Shown here in pieces: positions 14,242 to 24,419 of a DNA stretch of 64,000 bases (its first letter is position 1; every line of letters starts with the position of its first letter). Source of the stretch: Candidatus Methanoperedenaceae archaeon (GTDB lineage Archaea > Halobacteriota > Methanosarcinia > Methanosarcinales > Methanoperedenaceae); NCBI GenBank assembly GCA_963753595.1, contig CAVWCX010000004.1, forward strand, positions 1-64,000. Direction: 5' to 3'. The translations under genes were made by a program, and so were the position numbers. The notes under the pieces are model-generated. The model made no database searches. It worked only from the letters and a program-made list of their open reading frames with translations, and was not told the origin of the DNA.

Positions 14242-14592
14242 AATTTAATCCCTGAAATTGAATTTATTCATCACATTGCCTATCGATTTATGGGGGGATT
14301 TGTTACCAAGCCCTTTCTTTTCCAATGGTAGAAATTAAAAATCAATAGATTTCAGGATTATGCCGCAGATTTCCTGTAATTTATCCATCATATGGAATAT
14401 TTTTACAGCCATAAGCCTTTTGTATAAGTATTGTATTATGATAAGTATAGTGATAATGTAGATGAACGTGCTTAATTGCGGACAGTCAGGGCTATATCGC
14501 ACAATCGGGCTTAGCTCCCCTAAATATTCAGTATATATAGAGACATCCTCGCAATTGTTTGTCAAAGGCACAATTTTCATAATGGGGGGGCA

Positions 14593-15105
14593 ATGAGAAT
14601 AATTAATTTTTTGAAAAACGATAATGCCCAGGTAAATATAGATTATATAGCAGGGATAGGAATATTTCTTCTTTCAGTTTTTTTTGTTTTCCAGTTCATT
14701 AATAGTATATTTATTCCCTTTCAATCAAGCTCCGACCAGGTTACGCTTGCTGCGGACAGGGCAGGAACCGTACTTGTTGAACGTATGCTTCATGCAGATA
14801 AATCAACTGAATTAAATGTTATAGACCAGGGTAAATTATATTATTTCAATAATACGAGATTCAATTATTCAAACATGGCCAACTATAATGCCGCACTTCT
14901 GGAAATTGGTTTATCCAGCAGTGAATCCTCGTTTAATATGAATATGACAGTTGCAGGTCTCACTGATCCGGACAAACCGGTGAACCAGAGCGGCCCTGCT
15001 CTTCCAAAAACAACTGATATCGGGCAAATTAAACGCATAGTACTGATCATAAATTCCTCTACCGGTTATAATGAAACAGCTATTCTTTCCGTGAGGGTGT
15101 GGTAA
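14593..15105 (+). CDS. Pilin-like protein with class III signal peptide
   Basis: NA/QVNIDYIAGIGIFLL N-terminus then soluble domain. Confidence 0.75.
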   Translation: MRIINFLKNDNAQVNIDYIAGIGIFLLSVFFVFQFINSIFIPFQSSSDQVTLAADRAGTVLVERMLHADKSTELNVIDQGKLYYFNNTRFNYSNMANYNAALLEIGLSSSESSFNMNMTVAGLTDPDKPVNQSGPALPKTTDIGQIKRIVLIINSSTGYNETAILSVRVW

Positions 15106-15695
15106 TCGTGTTCGATGAAAAAGGCCAGATGCATACCCTTGAAGGAGTGGCTGCCGCCACAATAATGCTTCTTGTTATTGTATATGCAATTGATGCGACA
15201 TCGATGACGCCGCTTACATCTTCAACAGCGAACGTGCATGTGGAAACCGAACTTCAGGTCCTCGGCCAGGATATTTTAGGGGCGCTTGATTATGCTGAAC
15301 CCGGATATAATTCAAATTTAAAGAATGATGTACTTGTATGGGGTGGCAAAGAATATATCTGGAACGGAACAAATTATATGGAAAAAGGGAATGCTGTAGA
15401 CCAGAGCAATCTTACAAATAATCTGACGAAAATCCTGAAATCCACTCTTATCGTACAAGGCATTGCCCATAGTGTGGAGCTTACTTATCTTACAAACAAT
15501 GGGACTTCTTTAATAACCCAGAAAATGATTTACAATGGGAATCCTTCAGACAACGCCGTGATAGTTTCAAGGAAAATCGTATTACATAACAGTGATAACT
15601 CAATTAATACTAATAATAATCTTTTAAAGGATATCGATCCTTCAACCGACCTTTATAATATTGTGGATGTCAAACTTGTTTTATGGAGGATGTGA
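15099..15695 (+). CDS. Pilin-like protein with class III signal peptide
   Basis: KG/QMHTLEGVAA, +5/6 Glu, hydrophobic helix. Confidence 0.78.
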   Translation: MVIVFDEKGQMHTLEGVAAATIMLLVIVYAIDATSMTPLTSSTANVHVETELQVLGQDILGALDYAEPGYNSNLKNDVLVWGGKEYIWNGTNYMEKGNAVDQSNLTNNLTKILKSTLIVQGIAHSVELTYLTNNGTSLITQKMIYNGNPSDNAVIVSRKIVLHNSDNSINTNNNLLKDIDPSTDLYNIVDVKLVLWRM

Positions 15696-16429
15696 TGGGA
15701 ATAATAGAAAACGAGCGCGCCCAGTTTATGCTCCTTGCGGGTTTTATCATTGCGATAGGTCTTGTTATTACTACGGTTATGCTCAATAATATCATTTTTG
15801 AAAGCAATATGGCCGGGGAAGCAGGAGGAGATTCCATAAAATATAATGTAGTGAACCTCATGCGAATAAGCGGGGATGAAATGAAAAGCGCATACAGGAA
15901 TGCATCGGAGCAAAATCCTGCCATGAAGGTTAGCAATTTCACCAGACAAATGCAAAATTTTAATGGAAACTTATCACTAATTTATGCGCTGCATGGTGAA
16001 GTCGTGAATTTGAGCTGGGATATAAGTAACTGGAACAGCACTCGCTATGCGAATTTAACAGAGAACGGGACTGCAAATGGCGCAGGGAACTGGACTGTAA
16101 TTGAAAATGTGAGCAGCAGCAGTATCTCCATGAATGTAACTGTAACCAGCGGTATGTTTCAAATCATGTTGAAAAATACATCATCGAGTTTGATAAATCT
16201 TACCGCTGGCACACATACAGGTTTAATTTTTGCAAATTCCACTATTGCAGATCCATACTCAATTTCTTTTATTAATGGCTCAAATGCATACGGTAATTAT
16301 ACTATCGCAGGTATAGCTTCCGGTAAAAACTTCAATCGCTCCCGGGATTACATCTTGAACGCCACAATAGTTTTTTCCTCCAGCGATACACTCGCCAATA
16401 TCACTATTCCTGTATCGGTACCGTGGTGA
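15683..16429 (+). CDS. Pilin-like protein
   Basis: RA/QFMLLAGFII; many N-x-S/T sequons. Confidence 0.75.
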   Translation: MEDVMGIIENERAQFMLLAGFIIAIGLVITTVMLNNIIFESNMAGEAGGDSIKYNVVNLMRISGDEMKSAYRNASEQNPAMKVSNFTRQMQNFNGNLSLIYALHGEVVNLSWDISNWNSTRYANLTENGTANGAGNWTVIENVSSSSISMNVTVTSGMFQIMLKNTSSSLINLTAGTHTGLIFANSTIADPYSISFINGSNAYGNYTIAGIASGKNFNRSRDYILNATIVFSSSDTLANITIPVSVPW

Positions 16430-16433
16430 TAAT

Positions 16434-16898
16434 ATGAAAATAAAAAATTTATTAAAAAATGAGGATGCAGTATCCATCTCAATAGGTTTTATACTAATGT
16501 TCTCAATTACAGTGCTGGTTTTTTCCGGGATCATTCTTTCTTTTTATTCACTCTCCGGGCAATCCCGTGAAGCAGCAATGAGGGCAAGTTTTGATATCCT
16601 TGGAAGCGGATTTGCCGCAAGGGTAACTTCCATGGATACTCTTGTAAATATTACCGGATCAAACGGAGGAAATGTTAACCAGCTGGAATATGATTTTTCA
16701 ATTCCCGCATACATTGCAAATGAGGCTTATGGTATTAATATAACCAGGGAAAAGATATTATTGGATGCGGAAAATGATGCAAAAGCCTGGATACCCTTCA
16801 ATTCTTCTTCTAATATAAATGAACAAATATTCAGTAATGCCCAGGACTATACACTGAGCTACGATAACAATAATAATTCAATGAAAATACAACAATGA
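16434..16898 (+). CDS. Pilin-like protein
   Basis: DA/VSISIGFILMF archaeal pilin N-terminus. Confidence 0.78.
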   Translation: MKIKNLLKNEDAVSISIGFILMFSITVLVFSGIILSFYSLSGQSREAAMRASFDILGSGFAARVTSMDTLVNITGSNGGNVNQLEYDFSIPAYIANEAYGINITREKILLDAENDAKAWIPFNSSSNINEQIFSNAQDYTLSYDNNNNSMKIQQ

Positions 16899-17671
16899 AA
16901 AGAATAAATTTTTTATCCTCGGAAGATGCAGTCTCTGAAGTAATTGACTTTGTCACGATCCTCGGGATACTTGTGCTTTCCATCGGATTGATAGGAGTGG
17001 CAGGGTACCCGATCGTAGAGAATGCCCAGGAAGCGAACCACATAGAAAATACAAGGCAGAGTTTTATTGTACTTGCTAATAATGTCAATAAAGTTGTGAT
17101 GGGGCAGGCACCATCACAGAATGTGGAATTGAAAATGTATGGTGGATCACTAAGTGTTACGGGAAGTAGTACGATCAATATTACAGCAAATGTAACCAAC
17201 ATATCGGGTAATATTGAAAGAATACCTCTCCTTTATGATACGAAAATGCGAAGTATTGAAAGTATTGTGGGAGATACTGTCATCGCCTATGAAGGTACCG
17301 GTGTATGGGTGAAGTATCCAAACGGTAATACGATTCTTATTTCAAAACCGCTCATAAACAACCAGAGCAATATGCTTATAATTCCTGTAGTTTCAATAGA
17401 TGGTACATCCTCTGTGGGCGGCAGTGGTATGAGCAGGGTAACGGCGAAGGGTGTTCCGACTGTTACTTTGTATCAAAACGTGAGCGATATAATAGTAACT
17501 ATCAACAGCAGTTACTCAAATGGATGGAAGAACTATGTTGACAGCAAAATGCCAGGGATTTTCTGTTTTTCAACCGGCTCACCGGGAGAGTGCACAGAAC
17601 CACCACTTAATATTGCAAAAAATATAACTTTATATATAATAAATATTAAACTGAAATCAGAGGTTGTATGA
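16895..17671 (+). CDS. Pilin-like protein
   Basis: DA/VSEVIDFVTIL; IAYEGTGVW motif shared with next gene. Confidence 0.78.
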   Translation: MKRINFLSSEDAVSEVIDFVTILGILVLSIGLIGVAGYPIVENAQEANHIENTRQSFIVLANNVNKVVMGQAPSQNVELKMYGGSLSVTGSSTINITANVTNISGNIERIPLLYDTKMRSIESIVGDTVIAYEGTGVWVKYPNGNTILISKPLINNQSNMLIIPVVSIDGTSSVGGSGMSRVTAKGVPTVTLYQNVSDIIVTINSSYSNGWKNYVDSKMPGIFCFSTGSPGECTEPPLNIAKNITLYIINIKLKSEVV

Positions 17672-19047
17672 AACTACTAAATTCACAGAGTGCAGATGCA
17701 GAAGTCATAGGTCATGTCATTATCCTGTCCATTACTATTCTTGGAATAGGCATGATTACGATTTTCGGTATACCCGCCATTTACACCTTAGAAGATATGG
17801 CAAATTCTAAGAATGTGGAACAGGCATTCACTGTACTGGACTCCCGGGCGAGCAGGGTAACATTGGGCGATTCGCCGCTTCAAATAACAAATATTAATCT
17901 TGGAGGCGGTACCATGACAGTAGAGCCGAACAGTTCAGATAATCCAAGTTATATGGTTGTAAATAGCACTTCTTTTAATTTTACTATTCCTATGGGAAAG
18001 ATAAAATATGATCTTGGTGACAGGATAGTAGCATATGAGGGCGGCGGTGTATGGGCTATGTATCCAGGCGGCGGCACCGTTATGCTTTCTCCCCCCGAGT
18101 TTCATTATAACGGCTGGACTTTAACTCTTCCCGTAATTAATATTAGCGGCAATGCGTCAATAAGCGGACAGGGGACAGCAGTAGTTTCTATAAAAAAGAA
18201 TTCAATTGGTATTCTGTATCCAAATTCCAGCTGGCCGACTAGAATAAATCCATTAAATACCAGCGATGGAAAACTCTATGTATATATTAGAAGCGATTAT
18301 TATAATGCATGGGCTGATTATGCAAAAACCCTGGGATACACAAAGGTCAGTACTGATTCTCATGGTGCGAATATAGAACTTACAGTTGTGCCTTCAAATC
18401 TGGGAACTATCATGACATTGGGCTTTCCCCAAACATACAGGGGACTAAATTCAACTAACCAGACCCCTCTGGATAATTATAGCTTCAACATAGAAGATGA
18501 TAAATTGAAATGGGATATTCGGGCAAAATCCGGAAACAAGACATTAATATTTCATTTTAATGCTAATAGTGGTGGAAGCCCTGTTACACTTCAAATTGGT
18601 TATCAAGATGGGGATGATGATCATACAGAAACATGGGAGGGATCTGATATGTTTACTGCGCAGGGAGGATTCTATAAAATAGATCTGCTGGACAAAAGTA
18701 AGAACTTGAATTACACAGATGTTCCTGATGTTGGGACTAATAATGGGGCAGCTTGCACGCTTTATGGCAGTAAGATCAGTGGTATTGTTGAGCCGGATTT
18801 TTCCTGGGATGATAAAGTTATAAATACAAGTGTAAGTAATCCTGACAGAACCCAGTCCCTTTATAACATAACACAGCACTATTTCTGGAAAATGTCGCAA
18901 GAAGGAGATATTACCTTCGGCGACTGTGCCGACGGCAGTAATGCGCCAGACCCGGATGACTCAACCATGCTCATTGATTACATTCCTACAAGTACACTTA
19001 CCTACCTTCACGTCACTGAGAACAAAGTTGATGTGGGAATAAGTTGA
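17668..19047 (+). CDS. Large pilin-like / adhesin protein
   Basis: SA/DAEVIGHVII N-terminus, VAYEGGGVW, SPPEFHY, extended beta-rich C-terminus. Confidence 0.75.
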   Translation: MKLLNSQSADAEVIGHVIILSITILGIGMITIFGIPAIYTLEDMANSKNVEQAFTVLDSRASRVTLGDSPLQITNINLGGGTMTVEPNSSDNPSYMVVNSTSFNFTIPMGKIKYDLGDRIVAYEGGGVWAMYPGGGTVMLSPPEFHYNGWTLTLPVINISGNASISGQGTAVVSIKKNSIGILYPNSSWPTRINPLNTSDGKLYVYIRSDYYNAWADYAKTLGYTKVSTDSHGANIELTVVPSNLGTIMTLGFPQTYRGLNSTNQTPLDNYSFNIEDDKLKWDIRAKSGNKTLIFHFNANSGGSPVTLQIGYQDGDDDHTETWEGSDMFTAQGGFYKIDLLDKSKNLNYTDVPDVGTNNGAACTLYGSKISGIVEPDFSWDDKVINTSVSNPDRTQSLYNITQHYFWKMSQEGDITFGDCADGSNAPDPDDSTMLIDYIPTSTLTYLHVTENKVDVGIS

Positions 19048-19070
19048 TTTAAAAAAAATCTAGCAAAAAA

Positions 19071-19553
19071 TTATTTCGCCTCGGAGAACTCCGAGTCGAA
19101 TTTACCGCTGTTAATTGCCGCTATTGCTTCTTTGGGTTTTAATCCCTCAAAGGTTATACCCAGCGGAACGCATGAACCAACGACCTCTTTCACTGTATTT
19201 TTCAATGATTTTGCAAGAGTGTCGTTCTTTTTCATTTTGGCGATCTTGACAGCCTGTTTTGCAGTTATATTGCCAACTGTTACGGTATTGGGTGTTCCTG
19301 AGCCCTTTTCGATACCAGCCTCTTTTATTATGAGTGCTGATGTCGGGGGTGTTCCCACCGTTATTGTGAATTGTTTCTTATCATCAATAATTACTTTGAT
19401 CGGGACCTGCATTCCCTTAAAAGCTGCTGTCTGTTCATTTATTTTTTCTATTATAGCCTTTACATTTACGCCAAGCGGGCCAAGTGATGGACCCAATGGC
19501 GGACCTGCGGACGCTGAACCGCCGGAAACCAATGCTTCTACAACGCTTACCAT
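19071..19553 (-). CDS. rpl11: 50S ribosomal protein L11
   Basis: GGSASAGPPLGPSLG, GTPPTSALI. Confidence 0.97.
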   Translation of the reverse strand: MVSVVEALVSGGSASAGPPLGPSLGPLGVNVKAIIEKINEQTAAFKGMQVPIKVIIDDKKQFTITVGTPPTSALIIKEAGIEKGSGTPNTVTVGNITAKQAVKIAKMKKNDTLAKSLKNTVKEVVGSCVPLGITFEGLKPKEAIAAINSGKFDSEFSEAK

Positions 19554-19574
19554 TTTTAATATCTCCTGTTAGTA

Positions 19575-20045
19575 TTATTTCTCTTCTTCGTCTTCTCGTT
19601 TCAATATTCGAACATTATCACCGCGAACTGTTACTGGGATGGGGACCATCGCCTCGAACAATTCAACTGTAATCTCTTCATGAGTTGAATCAATCCTTTT
19701 TACTCTTGCTTTTTCTCCCTTGAACGGACCTGATATCAGTTCCACTATGCTTCCCTCAGTAATTCCAGTAACGGAAAGTTTGGGTGTGAGGAAATGGGAT
19801 ATTTCATCGAAATTTGACTGGCCTTTGATCATTGCCCTGGCATGGGGAACATTCTGAATGACCTCATCCACTGCTTCAGGACTTGCCGCTTCGACAAGAA
19901 CATAGCCTTTCAGCTCATCCGGGGCGAGCACTGCATGTATGGCCAGATGCTCTTTCTTGGTAACTTTCTCTATTAAATTCGCTACCGTCCTTTCCTGGTT
20001 AGCTGTTGTCTTGATAACATATATGGCGGCAGCTTCCTCGTTCAT
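19575..20045 (-). CDS. spt5: Transcription elongation factor Spt5 (NusG)
   Basis: NGN domain LKGYVLVE, KOW motif VELISGPFKGE. Confidence 0.96.
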   Translation of the reverse strand: MNEEAAAIYVIKTTANQERTVANLIEKVTKKEHLAIHAVLAPDELKGYVLVEAASPEAVDEVIQNVPHARAMIKGQSNFDEISHFLTPKLSVTGITEGSIVELISGPFKGEKARVKRIDSTHEEITVELFEAMVPIPVTVRGDNVRILKREDEEEK

Positions 20046-20239
20046 TTTAACATTCCCGGTAATACCGTTATTAATAAATAAATGATAAAACCTATGAATC
20101 CCACTAAAAGTATACCTGCACCGGCTACTTTTGCAATCACTGAAAATTCTTCTTTTGATGGTTTCCTTGTGAGCTTGAGTACCCTGATGTATTCACCTAA
20201 TCTCAAAGGAACATTCCCTATTTCTTTATCTTCGAACAA
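20042..20239 (-). CDS. secE: Protein translocase SecE/Sec61 gamma
   Basis: YIRVLKLTRKPSKEEF + single TM. Confidence 0.94.
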   Translation of the reverse strand: MFEDKEIGNVPLRLGEYIRVLKLTRKPSKEEFSVIAKVAGAGILLVGFIGFIIYLLITVLPGMLK

Positions 20240-20353
20240 TATTTTTCACATCCATGATTTTAATGATTGCAATGATTATTATAAAAGCTATCCTAAAATA
20301 ATAGCAGTCTATAATTATACTCAACATAAAAATAGTTTTCGATTAGGAGAATC

Positions 20354-20734
20354 CTACGGAAAGCGAGAACTATCTTTAAAATTCGTAAGTTCTTCTGGCA
20401 ATAATTTGCATACGCATGGTCTTAATTTACTGTACCATTCATATGAAACTAAAACCAGAGTAAAAGGCACCAGCACTTCTAATACCCCGAAAGATTCATC
20501 TAACTGCCTGATACCATCTGAAAGATCAAAAAGAATGAAAGACATGCTAAATGAAAATAGATATAAACAATTTTTTCTTAGGAAAGATCCGGTAATTATT
20601 GACTTTACTATTTTTTTATCTATGTCCTTCCACAAGAAAAATATTTGAATTGAAAGGAAAATAAAAAATAAATAAAATATATATATTAAAGAACCAATAA
20701 TTTTATAAATTATATATTCATTTGAATTATCCAT
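20354..20734 (-). CDS. 3-TM membrane protein, paralog of 36063-36440
   Basis: Shared YKII...IQI...WK...LE...LVL...EW pattern. Confidence 0.7.
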   Translation of the reverse strand: MDNSNEYIIYKIIGSLIYIFYLFFIFLSIQIFFLWKDIDKKIVKSIITGSFLRKNCLYLFSFSMSFILFDLSDGIRQLDESFGVLEVLVPFTLVLVSYEWYSKLRPCVCKLLPEELTNFKDSSRFP

Positions 20735-20795
20735 ATTTTCCTACCACGTCAATCTACCCTTTATTATGATTATGATAAGTATATACTTTGCGGTA

Positions 20796-21669
20796 TCACT
20801 TAATTAAATCCTTTAGATATTCAATGATGCCGGTCGTGACATCCACCCCGCACGCGTCAAATATTCCTTTACCTGAAGGTGTTCCATTGATCTCAATAAC
20901 ATATGATTTATCACCTTCGATAATATCCACGCCGGCGTAAGTCGTTCCGATAACCTCCGAGGCTTTCAGGCTCAATTTTTCCTGATCGCCTGTCAATATG
21001 CAGGGTTTTGCGCTGCCTCCCTGGCTCAGGTTATTGATCCAGCTTCCCTCCGGGGCTATCCTGTAAATCGAGCCTATCACTTTATTATTCACAACAAATA
21101 CCCTGATGTCCCTTCCTGGATTGGGAATAAATTCCTGGATATACACAAGGCCGTTTTTTTCAAACAGTGCTTTGAGTTTCTGCACTCCCTTTTTATTGTT
21201 TTTCACACATTCAACGCCAATCCCTTTATATCCAAACACAGGCTTCACCACAGCGCGTCCGAAAGTTGCTAATGTGTTAAGCGCTTCCTCCATGGCAATT
21301 TGTTACCAGGGTTTTGGGTGTATTGATCCCGTTCCTTCGGAAAATATAACTTGAAACATATTTATTAGCAGACCTGGCTATTGAATCCGGTGAATTTATA
21401 ATCTCTACGCCAAGCTCTTCAAGCTGGCAGAGGATATCGAACCTGAAAGAAACATCATTTCTTGTTGAAGGTCCAAGATCCCTTACAATAATACCATCAA
21501 GAGTTGTAAGATCGACCCTCCCCGAGTATAACCTGCCTGATGAAATGTTTGAAGTCGCTTCACCCAGGTGCAAAGTCAGGGCTTCCATTCCAGATTGCAT
21601 AACGGAATTATGGAGGGCGATACCGGTCCAATCTGTCGGGTCTGTTACTGAAATACCTATCCTTTTCAT
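20796..21669 (-). CDS. mptN: RimK-family ATP-grasp ligase, tetrahydromethanopterin:alpha-L-glutamate ligase-like; apparent +1 frameshift at ~21295
   Basis: VKPVFGYKG, YIQEFI, RDIRVFV, NNLSQGG, GVD, IEINGTP; two ORFs join by deleting one base. Confidence 0.78.
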
Positions 21670-21672
21670 TTT

Positions 21673-22332
21673 TCATCCTCTAAATTCATTTATTCCCGTA
21701 ACTCCGGCTTCAAGGCGCGGGATTTCGCATATCATACAAAATAGAAAATTAATTGTTTTTTCAGCGTTATCTATTATTATGCCATCACTTGACGCTACAA
21801 TATCATGAGAGATCTTCAAATCATGATCTACATGTCTTGAAGTACCCGCTTCGCCCACTAAACCTGCATGTTTGATCTTTTCCCGGAGCAATCCAGCCAG
21901 TACACCACTTTTACTAATTTGTGAATCAAAGAGAAAATATACTCGTGAAGGGTATTTCCCTTTCAGGAATGATAGTATCAATTCGATGGCATTATGTGTA
22001 TTCTCAGAAGTATTGAAATTCCTGGACACACCCTTTATGTCCCTGATAACCCCGTCATCACAAAGAATTGCTTTTTTCTCAAGGATACTTTCCATTCCGA
22101 TAATGATATTATACCCGTCAATTATGATCTTATTCCCTCGTATTTTATCGCATGGCAAGAATTTAAGGCGCCTTTTTTCACAAACCGACCTTGCGATAAC
22201 TGTTCTTGAAAGAAGATTCCTTGAATCCCCTTCAAGCCTGTAATGATCGCACACGAATTTTACAGCTCCTTTTAAGGGGAATCCCCTGTCAAGAAGATAT
22301 CTAATATCGTCAGCCGCACATCCAATACTCAT
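21673..22332 (-). CDS. DUF434 family (PIN/NYN-like) protein
   Basis: DIRYLLDRGF, IDGYN, DDGVIRD, VASSD. Confidence 0.82.
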   Translation of the reverse strand: MSIGCAADDIRYLLDRGFPLKGAVKFVCDHYRLEGDSRNLLSRTVIARSVCEKRRLKFLPCDKIRGNKIIIDGYNIIIGMESILEKKAILCDDGVIRDIKGVSRNFNTSENTHNAIELILSFLKGKYPSRVYFLFDSQISKSGVLAGLLREKIKHAGLVGEAGTSRHVDHDLKISHDIVASSDGIIIDNAEKTINFLFCMICEIPRLEAGVTGINEFRG

Positions 22333-23375
22333 GGGTTCACCCGGAACCGCAAAAGCGCTGCTATTCCCCCCAGGGATTCAAGCTTCTTTCCAGGCTCAAA
22401 CTCTGTGCTAAATACAACAATTCTTCCCTGTGAATGCTCAACTTCTTTTAAGAATTCATCAATAGATTTGCCTTCACGTTCGGTGCGAAGCAATTCATCA
22501 GTGATCAAAAGAGTATGGATGGCTCCAAGGTTCTGTGCGTTCCTGACATCCGCCATTCCATAAGATACTTTACCGTTTATCGATATCTCTTTCATCAATT
22601 CTTCAATAAGTTTCGCTTCCCTTCCGATCCTTGATTCTTCCATTATCCTGTCAACAGCGCCCCTTCGAAGCACCTCCTGGAATCCTGAAACTCCTATGGA
22701 AGTCGTATCCTCAAGAACCGCTTTATTTGCAAGTTCCGGTTCCCTTGTTCTTATGAACTCAAGAAAATCCTCTTTTGTGAATCCCGGGCCCGCAAGTATG
22801 ACTGCGTCCACTTTCTCTGCTGCCCATTTTAACTGTGAAGCAAGTTCACCAAAGAATTCATTGCGGTTATTCCCCTCCCCTTTACCAAGCGATTGCCGAA
22901 GAGATGATGATTCTTCAACCCCGAACTGCCTTACCATTCCTATGGAGGCTTCTCCTTCTTCTATTGTTGCTATGATCACTTTAGGGCGCATGGATGCGAT
23001 TTGCGCTTCTTTTATTCTTTCGAACTGGTCACTCTTCCACCTTTTGATTATGGAAATATCAGTTCCCTCTTCAATATTTATCGTATGGTACGCGCCGGTA
23101 TCAATACCCTCCACGATGGTGCCATGCACACGCAGGCGGTTTGCGAACTTATGGAATTCCACTTTCTCGACACATATCCCGAGGCGCATCGTTTTCTTAT
23201 CGGCTTTTTCAGGTCTTAGCTTATCCGTAGCTCCCTCAATACGTCTTTTCGTGACTGCAAAAACAATGTCTTGCGGCTCAAGTATGTATTTTAAATGCCA
23301 CATGTCATCTAATGATTCTATCATGAGTGAGATCTCACCCTCATTTCCCCGCAGGTTTTTTTTCAATAGTTTCAT
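22329..23375 (-). CDS. pelA: mRNA surveillance protein Pelota
   Basis: ESLDDMWHL, YHT, LAGPGFTK, LGGIAALLRF. Confidence 0.96.
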   Translation of the reverse strand: MKLLKKNLRGNEGEISLMIESLDDMWHLKYILEPQDIVFAVTKRRIEGATDKLRPEKADKKTMRLGICVEKVEFHKFANRLRVHGTIVEGIDTGAYHTINIEEGTDISIIKRWKSDQFERIKEAQIASMRPKVIIATIEEGEASIGMVRQFGVEESSSLRQSLGKGEGNNRNEFFGELASQLKWAAEKVDAVILAGPGFTKEDFLEFIRTREPELANKAVLEDTTSIGVSGFQEVLRRGAVDRIMEESRIGREAKLIEELMKEISINGKVSYGMADVRNAQNLGAIHTLLITDELLRTEREGKSIDEFLKEVEHSQGRIVVFSTEFEPGKKLESLGGIAALLRFRVNP

Positions 23376-23387
23376 TCAATCACCTGA

Positions 23388-23936
23388 TCACCATAATTTC
23401 CGGACGATATAGACTGACACTATTACAAAAATAATTCCGGCTATCCAGATCATAAATTCAGGAAAGGGCTGTTTAGGGGGTGGAGCGCTTTGATTATTCT
23501 GATATGGTGTCTTGACAGGTGTTATTTCAATGATTTTTGGCGCGGGCTTATCAGGATCGATGTATTGGTACACAGGAAAAAAAGAAACAAGATTAGAATC
23601 TCTTGAACCCGAATATATATTGTCCACTCTAAGGGATATTATCGTCCTGTTCGTCTTATCGTATGTGAAATTATCTTTAAGGTGTATGATCTCACTTTTC
23701 ACGATCCTGTCGTCTGATTCTAATTCAAGCCAGACGGAATCCTCATTGCTCACGCTTTTTAATTTTATTACATACCCCTGGGAAAGACCAAATGAATCTC
23801 CCGTGGAAAGATAAAAATCAGTTCCATTCAGGATAATATCACTTGCTGCTGAACCTGAAAATGCAAGAATAATTAAAGATACGGCTAAAGTCGATACATT
23901 TTTACCCATCATATTGTTTTCATTGACTTTATACAC
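23388..23936 (-). CDS. Secreted/membrane-anchored S-layer-domain-like protein
   Basis: Signal peptide, LSQGYVIKLKSV...VWLEL resembling DUF1608 subdomain, Pro-rich linker, C-terminal TM. Confidence 0.65.
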   Translation of the reverse strand: MYKVNENNMMGKNVSTLAVSLIILAFSGSAASDIILNGTDFYLSTGDSFGLSQGYVIKLKSVSNEDSVWLELESDDRIVKSEIIHLKDNFTYDKTNRTIISLRVDNIYSGSRDSNLVSFFPVYQYIDPDKPAPKIIEITPVKTPYQNNQSAPPPKQPFPEFMIWIAGIIFVIVSVYIVRKLW

Positions 23937-23976
23937 ATGCTTATATATTTGCTTTACATCTCACACAAAATAAAAT

Positions 23977-24240
23977 ATGGTTATTTCAGTCAGGGTATGC
24001 TCGGGAAGGACGGCATTTGAAGTGAGCACCAATATTAAGATCGATATGGCCCGGGCAAGCAGTGTTTTTAATCCTAAAGTTTCAACAAAACATATATTAT
24101 TGCTGACTTATATGGGAGTGGACGTCTCAATGTATCCAAGCGGCAGGATGCTTATAAAAGCAAAAACCAAAGAAGAATCAATTGATATTGCGCGAAATAT
24201 TTTGGCAGAACTGGATATTGTTGAACACTCAAAGGATTGA
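23977..24240 (+). CDS. Small hypothetical protein (TBP-like/ThiF C-terminal-like pattern)
   Basis: VSMYPSGRMLIK...TKEES. Confidence 0.65.
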   Translation: MVISVRVCSGRTAFEVSTNIKIDMARASSVFNPKVSTKHILLLTYMGVDVSMYPSGRMLIKAKTKEESIDIARNILAELDIVEHSKD

Positions 24241-24419
24241 ATGTGATCGAGACTTTGGAGAATGTGTTATAAGTAATCATACATTTTATATTGTATCATA
24301 TTTTTTATCATATTTGTTACCAAAAACTATTAATTGTGATAAACCAAAATAATCAATTACCATATCAAGAACTTCTTTGATATGGTGCACGCTATGATGA
24401 GCTAGTATGAAATCGGCAG

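Noticed and set aside
14309-14332. Second ORB-like word (minus strand CCATTGGAAAAGAAAGGG) after smc, and TTCCACTTGAAA at ~34843
   Set aside because: Isolated, weaker matches that could arise by chance in AT-rich DNA
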